Origin: an uncultured Methanobacteriaceae archaeon
Lineage (GTDB): Archaea > Methanobacteriota > Methanobacteria > Methanobacteriales > Methanobacteriaceae
Length of the DNA: 64,000 bases
Assembly (NCBI GenBank): GCA_963829125.1
Contig: CAWHHD010000004.1
Coordinates: 93,442 to 157,441, forward strand
Direction: 5' to 3'
In this document: piece after piece, positions 56,273 to 64,000 of the stretch
Numbering within the stretch: position 1 is the first letter of the stretch
Layout of the letters: the number at the start of each line of letters is the position of its first letter
Program-made: the position numbers and the translations under genes
Notes under the pieces: generated by a model
What the model was told of the DNA's origin: nothing
Database searches by the model: none
The model's input: only the letters and a program-made list of their open reading frames with translations

Positions 56273-56938
56273 TTGTTTGACAAAACATTGATATGTGTAC
56301 CAATTTTCGAAAAAAAATATGAATCTGTTATTCAATCAGCGGAAAATTCTATTGAAGCCGGTGCAGATATTGTTGAATTTCGAATCGATGCAATGGATCA
56401 TCCTAATCCCGATGATGTTTTAAATATAATTAAAGATATTAAGCATCCTTTAATTGCAACTAACAGAAGAATTGATGAAGGGGGATTTTTCAAGGGTTCT
56501 GAGGCTGAAAGAACGGAAATTTTACTGGAAGCTGCTAAACATGCGGATATAATTGACGTAGAACTTGAAACTGATTTGGATCAAATGAATAAAATTATTA
56601 AGGTTTCCAAATCATCAATTATCTCTTATCATGATTTTGTAAAGACACCCCAAGTTGATGTACTTTTAGAAGTTGTAAACAGAGAAAGGAAACTTGGGGA
56701 CTTAGCCAAGTTTGCTGTAATGCCCAACAACATTTCAGATACTCTTGTTGTTTTAAATGTTTTATCACAAGTTGAAAAAACAATAGGCATTTCAATGGGA
56801 GAGTTAGGTAGATACACAAGGATTGTGGCCCCACTTTTCGGTTCTCCGATTACATTTGCTTCACTTAATAGTAAATCTGCTCCAGGTCAGCTTGATATCC
56901 AGAGCACTAAGAACTTATTGGATAAACTCGAATTCTAG
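56273..56938 (+). CDS. aroD: Type I 3-dehydroquinate dehydratase
   Basis: VEFRID, TNR...EGG, DVEL, SYHDF..TP, KFAVMP, ISMG..G..TR, APGQ. Confidence 0.95.
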   Translation: MFDKTLICVPIFEKKYESVIQSAENSIEAGADIVEFRIDAMDHPNPDDVLNIIKDIKHPLIATNRRIDEGGFFKGSEAERTEILLEAAKHADIIDVELETDLDQMNKIIKVSKSSIISYHDFVKTPQVDVLLEVVNRERKLGDLAKFAVMPNNISDTLVVLNVLSQVEKTIGISMGELGRYTRIVAPLFGSPITFASLNSKSAPGQLDIQSTKNLLDKLEF

Positions 56939-56946
56939 GTGAAGTA

Positions 56947-57597
56947 ATGAGATCATCGAATCGGCTCATTTTAGGATTATTATTTCTAATAATAATTGTA
57001 GTGGCATCATCTGCAGTCTACACGGGTTTAGGTACGAATAATATTAATATTGTAATTAATACCAATGGAACCAATACAGATATTGACTATCAGACGATAT
57101 TATATGGTTCAATTCCCCAAGAAATGATTCAAGAAATAAAAGACAAAGCTACTACTGATGTTGAATCTTCTAACAGTACTGTTGACAGCATTAAATCAGA
57201 TGTCAAGAATATAGCATCTAAGTTCAATTATAATGCTAATGTCAGGATTTCATCTCAATTCGGTACCGATCAGTTGCCCATGCCTGCAACTGTAAATGGA
57301 ACTTCAATGCTTCCTACACTACAGGACGGGCAGGAAATAATCGTACTCAAAACGAATAATTTAAAAGTTGGGGATATTGTAGTAGCTGAACACCCTACTT
57401 ATGGCTTAATAGTAAAAAGACTTTCTATCATTAATATTAACCAAGTTTATCTGACTAGCGACAACAAAAATGTAGAAATTTATAACAGCTCTACAACTCT
57501 TCCCAACGGTACAGTAGAGACGGTTACAGTAAAAAAAACACCATTAAATACATGGATTCCAACAAACAATGTTATAGGTGTTGTTAAGGTTTATTGA
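56947..57597 (+). CDS. Membrane-anchored S24/S26-family Ser-Lys peptidase
   Basis: N-terminal TM helix; GTSMLPTL..G (Ser), GDIVV, IVKRL (Lys), SDN. Confidence 0.8.
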   Translation: MRSSNRLILGLLFLIIIVVASSAVYTGLGTNNINIVINTNGTNTDIDYQTILYGSIPQEMIQEIKDKATTDVESSNSTVDSIKSDVKNIASKFNYNANVRISSQFGTDQLPMPATVNGTSMLPTLQDGQEIIVLKTNNLKVGDIVVAEHPTYGLIVKRLSIININQVYLTSDNKNVEIYNSSTTLPNGTVETVTVKKTPLNTWIPTNNVIGVVKVY

Positions 57598-57640
57598 ATA
57601 ATTTATTGATTTGTAATTCATAATTTTAGAAAGTGATTAA

Positions 57641-57838
57641 ATGAACGGACAAAACAGGAAAAATATTAAAGCTGGTTCTGAGGTTTATATTGTACTGAAG
57701 AAAGATCAAAAAACGGGAAAAAGGACTAAAGGGATAGTTAAAGATCTTCTGACCAAAAAATCATTCCATCCTCATGGAATTAAAGTTAGATTAAAAAGTG
57801 GACATGTTGGTAGGGTTCAGGAACTTATAAATGAATGA
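57641..57838 (+). CDS. YwbE (DUF2196) family protein
   Basis: VLKKDQKTGK.T.G.VKDLLT...HPHGIKVRL..G.VGRV. Confidence 0.92.
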   Translation: MNGQNRKNIKAGSEVYIVLKKDQKTGKRTKGIVKDLLTKKSFHPHGIKVRLKSGHVGRVQELINE

Positions 57839-57879
57839 GATGTATTTGATAAATAAAAAAAATAAAAAAAGGTATGGAC

Positions 57880-58842
57880 TTAAGCTAGTTCAGACAACCT
57901 TTTAACTCTTTTAACCATATTTGGATGGGTTGATAACAATTCCATAATGCTTTGTCCTGTACTTATACGGGTATCAGAATATCTGAGCCTTGAAAGTTCT
58001 TCTTCACTAATAACTCCATTCATATCGACGTCTAGTTGCTGCAAGTCGTTTATTTCATTTCCTGCATCGGATATATCGTTTACAAAGAAGGCCTTCAAAC
58101 CTTCAACTTCTTTTACTTCATCCTTGTTTGCAGTAGCAGATCCATAAACTAATTTATAAAGAGCACTTGCCAGCTTATGAGGCTTACCTCCGAGTTCAAT
58201 ACTTCCCTGATCTGCGTAATATTCCCTTGAACGTGAAACGAATAAAACTAGAAGTTGTCCAACCAGATAAGCTCCGAGAGCTGCAATTCCAATGATTGCG
58301 CCCCCTCCGTTGTTATTTCTTCCAGAGAACAGTGTGCTTATGAAGATGTAGTAACATATCAAAGGAACAACACTTATTAAAGTCATCACAGCCATGTCGC
58401 TGTGTCTAACATGGGACATCTCGTGTCCTAGAACTGCTTCAAGCTCTTCTTTATCAAGAAGATTTAAAATACCCCTAGTAACACAGATCCTTGCATCTCC
58501 CTTGCTCCTGCCAAAAGCAAACGCATTTGGAACATTTATTTCTGCTATTCCTACTTTTGGTTTGGATATTCCTGCTTTCATTGACAGATCTTCAACCATA
58601 GCATGTAAATTTGGTGCTTCTTGTTCTGATACGTAGTGTACGTGCATCATGGTCTCTACCATCTTCGGTCCAATCAAGTACTGGATAAACACCACTATTA
58701 TACCAAATACAGCGAAGAGTAAAGGACCTCCAAATCCAAAGTATGAACTTATAAGCATTATTATGACGTAAAGAATTCCGAATAGAAAAATTGTGGCCAA
58801 GAAAAGCCTCAATTTCAGTGAAAAAGTACTTACATTTACCAT
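57880..58842 (-). CDS. htpX: Zinc metalloprotease HtpX (M48)
   Basis: PNAFA, GHEMSH (HExxH), SRSREYYAD, STHP. Confidence 0.95.
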   Translation of the reverse strand: MVNVSTFSLKLRLFLATIFLFGILYVIIMLISSYFGFGGPLLFAVFGIIVVFIQYLIGPKMVETMMHVHYVSEQEAPNLHAMVEDLSMKAGISKPKVGIAEINVPNAFAFGRSKGDARICVTRGILNLLDKEELEAVLGHEMSHVRHSDMAVMTLISVVPLICYYIFISTLFSGRNNNGGGAIIGIAALGAYLVGQLLVLFVSRSREYYADQGSIELGGKPHKLASALYKLVYGSATANKDEVKEVEGLKAFFVNDISDAGNEINDLQQLDVDMNGVISEEELSRLRYSDTRISTGQSIMELLSTHPNMVKRVKRLSELA

Positions 58843-59020
58843 TTAAACATCTCCTATTAATCCTATTCATGATCATCTATGAGACAACCCTTATAAATAA
58901 TTATATTATAAACATTCATATTCATTTTAAAATGAAATTCAGGTTAATATTCATTCTAAATCTACTTTTAAAGGTTTAAAACAGAATACTGGGCATTTAT
59001 TATCTGAATATATTGTTAAT

Positions 59021-59644
59021 TCATTTTTTATTTGATTTATATTTGTATTTATAAATTATATAGGCTATGAATGCTACAATTCCTATTGCAACTATAATAT
59101 CAAGTATATGGAAATAAGTTTTTATCAATTCCCAGTGGGGTCCTAACAGATAACCTGTGTAAGCTAAAGCAAAACACCATGGAAGAGAACCTATGAATGT
59201 GTAAATAATAAACTTTTTAATGTCCATATGGGCAATTCCAGCGGGCAATGATATAAATGTCCTAATTCCTGGAAGAAGTCTGCTTATGAGTACTGCTTCG
59301 TATCCATACCTTTCAAACCATTTGTCTGCATTTACTAGTCTATTGTGAGAAATTAGAATGTACCTCCCATATTTCTCGAGTAAAGGCCTGCCTCCCTTTA
59401 AACCAACAGCATATGCTATTAAAGATCCGAAGAGGTTGGCAAATGTAGCTACTAGGGTTATTCCCAGCAGTGTCATGTTAGTTGTTCCTTCATAGACTAC
59501 AAAACCAGCAAAAGGCATGGTGATTTCACTTGGAAGGGGTATACAAGCACTTTCTAGGGTCATTGCAATGAAAATTCCCCAATAACCAAGAGTCTGAATA
59601 AGATAAATGGCTAAGTTACTCAAGTTCTCAATTATTCCGATCAT
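59021..59644 (-). CDS. dedA: DedA family membrane protein
   Basis: LESACIPLPSE, WFERYG, SRLLPGIRTFISLPAG. Confidence 0.93.
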   Translation of the reverse strand: MIGIIENLSNLAIYLIQTLGYWGIFIAMTLESACIPLPSEITMPFAGFVVYEGTTNMTLLGITLVATFANLFGSLIAYAVGLKGGRPLLEKYGRYILISHNRLVNADKWFERYGYEAVLISRLLPGIRTFISLPAGIAHMDIKKFIIYTFIGSLPWCFALAYTGYLLGPHWELIKTYFHILDIIVAIGIVAFIAYIIYKYKYKSNKK

Positions 59645-59752
59645 GAACCATAATTGGTTTACATCTTTAAAAGGTTTTCCCAAATTTGGATTGGTTATAA
59701 TCCTAAAAAAAGAAATATGAGATATTAAATGAATTTTGGAATAATATTATCA

Positions 59753-60692
59753 TTATTTATATTTATGAAAATTTCCAGGATCAAGTCCTTGTTCAACGAG
59801 AAGATGTTGATCAGATTTTTCAACTGATAATTTAGAAGTTGGGGGTATTGGACTACCTTTTTTGGCTAATATAAATCCATTTTTTTTATTTGCAGCCATA
59901 AACTTCCCAGCATCACCATTTATTATTATCTCGCCCTTTATCATGTCTATACCTGTAAAATCATCTGTGTAACCATTTATAATAATTAAACCTCCATTTA
60001 AGAGGGCTCCAGTATTTTTACCGGCATTACCGTTCACTCTTACTGTTCCTCTCTTCATAAGAATTCCTGTGCTCAGATCCACATTTCCATTAATAATTAT
60101 CTCTGTATTGACGTCCATTCTGGCCCCAACTGTATCTTTAACAGTCCCATCTTTTATTATAATTTTATTACCGACTATTTGGAAGCCAACAGGTCTATCC
60201 TCCATTCAATCCATGGGTAGCGATATCAGTTATTGATCTAAACTTTCTGTATTCCTTAACATCAGATTTAACTTCCAGAATATTACCCATTGGTTCAGAT
60301 ACTTTACCTTTTACGTAGATATTTCCTCTGGTCATGCTTATTCCCATTCGGGTGTCTACGTCACCGTCAACATAAACATCACCAACGTCTATTTCTTCTC
60401 CTTTTCCACCAAAATAAACCAAGTTTGATCCCATACTTGAACAAAGTCTATGACCCACATTTCCTATTATTTTGACATTTCCACCTTTTTTTAAGTGTTC
60501 AACTATTTCACCAAAGGTTAAATCATTTTCCGGAATTTTCCAGGCGGGATCCAGCTTTTCACCCTTATGCTGCCAGTGAAAGTTGTATGTGAAGTCACAC
60601 AGACAATCTACAGGTTTTTTAAGTTCCAATTCTAATAAACCTGTTTCTTCGTCCTCAGATTTTTTACCGAATATTTTAAACAATGATATCAC
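59753..60692 (-). pseudogene. FwdC/GXGXG beta-helix family protein split into two ORFs by a probable +1 frameshift near 60195-60205
   Basis: Both halves carry GxxM..G.I.V.G repeats; removing one base in AATGGAGGATAGA fuses the frames. Confidence 0.65.
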
Positions 60693-60899
60693 CCCATAAT
60701 CTGGATTAAAATTTCAGGTTCAATCACAATTTTGTGCCTATATTAATTTAATATTAATTTATAATGTAATTTCTTTGTTATTGTATGAGAATATAATATC
60801 AAATTTTAATTTTAAATCAAAAAATTTAAGTTAATCTGATTCATATATCATCTTGATTAATTTTAATAAAACGTTTTAGAATAAAATAATACGTTAATC

Positions 60900-61604
60900 A
60901 TGGTTATTAAAGCAGATAATAAAGATGTCGTTACATTTTTAAATAGAACAGGTATAGATACCCGATTTGTTAGCATTATGGGTAGCCATATTTTTGTAAA
61001 CAACCAAAGATTTTCAAGATTTTCAAATAAGCGACAGAAAACCTTTATAAGGAAATTTCCAGATTTCACTATCAGCAGATCAAATATCTTTCAGAAAATA
61101 TGTACAAGGGCTTCTAGAGTTCTTGCAAACTCCCTGAAGCCTGGAGATACAATTTTTATTTATGAGGATCATGAATGTTCAAATTTTATTTTAAATGTAA
61201 TTATGGAACCTTACAGACGAAAATACGGAATTGAGTTAATTAATGGCAGTTTTATTGAAGAAGCTGTTGAATTGGGTGCTGATTCAATTGCATCACCATT
61301 AACACTGGATAACGAGGTTGAAGGTATATTGGGAAATTGTTTAAACGGAGAAAGAATCGAGGTCTCGAGTTTGAAAAATAAATATGATGCTGAAAATAAC
61401 ATTAAATTAATTTATCCACTAATAAATGTTCCGAGGTCCTGGTTAGTTTCCTGGCTCGAGAAATTAGATTATGAGTATAAATACCCAAGAACTGATAGTT
61501 ATGCCGTAGATTTGATTAACTTTTTTGAAGAATTCATTCCAGATGTCCGCGAAAACATCCTCAAATCCGCTAGGTATGTTGTTAATAAATGTGTATATGA
61601 ATAA
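60900..61604 (+). CDS. Hypothetical protein, degenerate PP-loop/TtcA-like C-terminal features
   Basis: LIYPLINVP..W, IPDVRENILKS resemble TtcA/TilS C-terminal segments; no SGGxDS. Confidence 0.6.
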   Translation: MVIKADNKDVVTFLNRTGIDTRFVSIMGSHIFVNNQRFSRFSNKRQKTFIRKFPDFTISRSNIFQKICTRASRVLANSLKPGDTIFIYEDHECSNFILNVIMEPYRRKYGIELINGSFIEEAVELGADSIASPLTLDNEVEGILGNCLNGERIEVSSLKNKYDAENNIKLIYPLINVPRSWLVSWLEKLDYEYKYPRTDSYAVDLINFFEEFIPDVRENILKSARYVVNKCVYE

Positions 61605-61648
61605 AAATGAGTAGAAATAAAGGATTACAAAAAAATTAGGGAATTTCT

Positions 61649-63118
61649 CTAAAAACTAAAAAGTGAGGTCTGGGATTTATCTTTGTCTTTGTTATCCGAT
61701 TTTTTTTCTTCTGATTCTTCTTTATTAGGTCCCTTTATTTTTCTTTCTTTTTGTTTTTTATCGGATTTTAAAGGTTTTTTTACCTTTAAATTAGTTTTTA
61801 CTTCTGACTGTGAAGGTGCTGATTTTTTAGGTTTAGATTTCAAATTATTTGAAGTTTCTTTTGATTTGGTCCCATTCGTATCTGGTTTTTTTACTTTAGT
61901 TTTTTTAACTTTGATCTTCCTGGATCTGAACAGTTTAACCTCGTCGTCTGTTAATCCATAGTAGGTTGCCAGATCGTAGGCAGTTTCATTGTTTTTGAAC
62001 ATTATTTCCATATATGGGAACTGTTCTTTTACGACTTTCTTAGATGAATGAAGTTTTTCACCCATCTTCTCTGCTACTCTGTCCTTTAAATCTCTTTTAC
62101 CCCGGCTTTTTGAGAGCATAGAAAAAATTGAAGAATTGGTGAACCTTGAAAATTTACGGTAAGTTTCATCTTTTGAGAGTGCAACACCCAGACTCATGAG
62201 TTCGTAGGTGTATTTCCAGTAGGTATACACACGTGTATTGAATGCTCTACCTAGATAAATATCAGCTAATGAAATCATTTCATAGGCATTCTGAAGTTCA
62301 TTAACTTTTTCATATTCTTTTGGAATGTTTTCCGCCAGAAGTTCGAGTATGAAAGAAGGTTCTGCGTCCACCTTCATTGCATCCTTTATTCTACGGGGAT
62401 TCTTGCTCTTAAGTACAGTTCTAACAGCATCGAAGATATTAACGATATCATCCTTCTTTGACAAAAATTCAAGGTCTTCAGAGGTGATCTTATTCTTTCC
62501 ACGGGCAATTACCTCAAGGTCGTTTATTGCAGACCTTAGATCTCCATTGGATCTTTTGGCAAGATTTCTGATAACGTGTTCTTCAAATTCAACCCCTTCC
62601 TTAATACATATCTTCTTAAGAAGTGATACAATTGAATTTGTATGAACTTTACGCAGGACGAGAGTATTGCATTTTGGTTTGAGGCTTTTTAATCTTTTAC
62701 TGTAGGGATCATTTGCCATCATTATTAGAGGGTGGTGGCCCTCTTTTATGATCTTACTGATAGCCCTTGTGCCTCCTCTGTCTTCAGTTCCATGAATCCC
62801 GTCTACCTCGTCCATTATGATAAGTTTTAACCCTTCACCGTAGAGTGATTTTGATGCTGATGCCTCACCTATTGTTCTGGTAATTATATCATATGATCTT
62901 TTATCACTTGCATTGAGTTCAATGTACTCTGCAAACTCATTAGCTGCCAAATGGGCTAGGGTTGTTTTACCAGTGCCGGGTGGGCCTATAATCAGCATAC
63001 ATTTTTGGGTGTTCCCTTCTATCCATTCTTCTGTCCATTCCATGATAGCTTCTTTAATCTTGACGTTTCCAAGAACATCATCAAAGCTCTTGGGACTGTA
63101 TTTTTCTGTCCACAACAT
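61649..63118 (-). CDS. rfcL: Replication factor C large subunit
   Basis: [36 protein letters not shown]; Lys-rich tail. Confidence 0.96.
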   Translation of the reverse strand: MLWTEKYSPKSFDDVLGNVKIKEAIMEWTEEWIEGNTQKCMLIIGPPGTGKTTLAHLAANEFAEYIELNASDKRSYDIITRTIGEASASKSLYGEGLKLIIMDEVDGIHGTEDRGGTRAISKIIKEGHHPLIMMANDPYSKRLKSLKPKCNTLVLRKVHTNSIVSLLKKICIKEGVEFEEHVIRNLAKRSNGDLRSAINDLEVIARGKNKITSEDLEFLSKKDDIVNIFDAVRTVLKSKNPRRIKDAMKVDAEPSFILELLAENIPKEYEKVNELQNAYEMISLADIYLGRAFNTRVYTYWKYTYELMSLGVALSKDETYRKFSRFTNSSIFSMLSKSRGKRDLKDRVAEKMGEKLHSSKKVVKEQFPYMEIMFKNNETAYDLATYYGLTDDEVKLFRSRKIKVKKTKVKKPDTNGTKSKETSNNLKSKPKKSAPSQSEVKTNLKVKKPLKSDKKQKERKIKGPNKEESEEKKSDNKDKDKSQTSLFSF

Positions 63119-64000
63119 TTAATCTGCCTTTGTGTTTATTAGAAATTTAGTTAAAAGCGCTTCAAGTTGAATTCTAGGATTTGATCCTTCCCTTATCCTG
63201 TAATCTGTTTCTCCAATACTTTCTATTAATTTAATGTAAATATCTTCCCTTATAGCGTCTTCTAAAGCCATTCTTGATACTTCTTGGTATATCTGAGTTA
63301 CCATGTCCTCTCCACTGGTTCCTTGGACAACCATGACTTCCCTCAATAGTTCCCTAGCGCCGAGAAAATCACCGTCTAACGCTTTATTTACTATTTTTCT
63401 AACGTCTTTAGGTTTTGCCTTAGAAACAACATCGTGTATACTTTCTTCTGTGATCTCATCCTCCATCGATGCTGATGCTTGTAGTATGTTTACAGCTCTC
63501 CTCATATCTCCCTCAGCAAAGTATACAATGCTCTCAATTGCCCCTGTGGATATGTTCAAATTTTCAGCTTCAGCAATGTATTCAAGCCTGCCTATTATCT
63601 GATGTCCCTTCACAGGAGCAAACCTGAAGATTGCACATCTGGACTGGATGGGGTCTATTATTTTGGATGAGTAATTACATGAAAGTATGAAGGAGGATGT
63701 TTTGGTGTACATCTCCATTTCTCTTCGAAGTGCATGTTGGGCATCTTTGGTCATGTTGTCAACTTCATCGAGAAAAATTATCCTGAAGGGAGATCCAACA
63801 GCCTTTAAACGGCAAAAACTTTTTATATCATTTCTTACAGTATCAATACCTCTGGCATCGGAGGCATTTAGTTCTAAAAAGTTCTGTCTCCAGTATTCGC
63901 CTAGCATTTCTTTTGCCAGGGCTATTGCTGTAGTTGTTTTTCCAACACCAGCAGGGCCAGTAAACATGAGATTGGGCATATTGCCCTCTTTAACATATCT
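63119..64000 (-). CDS. rfcS: Replication factor C small subunit (5' end outside window)
   Basis: [39 protein letters not shown]. Confidence 0.96.
   Translation of the reverse strand, partial: RYVKEGNMPNLMFTGPAGVGKTTTAIALAKEMLGEYWRQNFLELNASDARGIDTVRNDIKSFCRLKAVGSPFRIIFLDEVDNMTKDAQHALRREMEMYTKTSSFILSCNYSSKIIDPIQSRCAIFRFAPVKGHQIIGRLEYIAEAENLNISTGAIESIVYFAEGDMRRAVNILQASASMEDEITEESIHDVVSKAKPKDVRKIVNKALDGDFLGARELLREVMVVQGTSGEDMVTQIYQEVSRMALEDAIREDIYIKLIESIGETDYRIREGSNPRIQLEALLTKFLINTKAD

Noticed and set aside
61649-61900. Lys/Ser/Glu-rich low-complexity tail of RFC-L
   Set aside because: Charged disordered tail ending in a PIP-box-like QTSLFSF is a known RFC-L feature

Overview
AT-rich archaeal chromosome segment from a hydrogenotrophic methanogen of the Methanobacteriales, most likely Methanobacterium (inferred from F420-related genes, two HMf-type histones, rpoE'/spt4, aIF5B, eIF2-gamma and gene style). 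Most of the window is housekeeping: a split archaeal glutamate synthase operon with pdxT, mdh, aksF-like dehydrogenase, FBP aldolase/phosphatase, AIP synthase, TsaC/Sua5, radB, ABCE1, argH, ribosomal/translation clusters, thrC, trpS, endA, hxlB, fno, PINA ATPase, hisI/hisS, RNA-free RNase P (HARP), aroE/aroD, hmgA, sucD, htpX, dedA and RFC. One accessory, AT-rich island (~7.5-13.9 kb) holds a decayed tyrosine integrase, two tandem very short class III signal-peptide pilins, an unannotated 59-aa ORF, a divergent TFE paralogue and a wHTH/membrane protein/ABC exporter module with three 11-bp promoter repeats. Best leads: a circularly permuted FrhB-like subunit inside the glutamate synthase operon, the minimal pilins next to the TFE paralogue, a 31%-Met microprotein, a PIN nuclease gene split at a U_UUU_UUA heptamer, and a canonical k-turn before rpl7ae. 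Several reading-frame breaks are single-base indels in homopolymers and may be sequencing artefacts. No tRNA, rRNA or CRISPR array was recognised. All family assignments are by motif recognition by eye, not database search.
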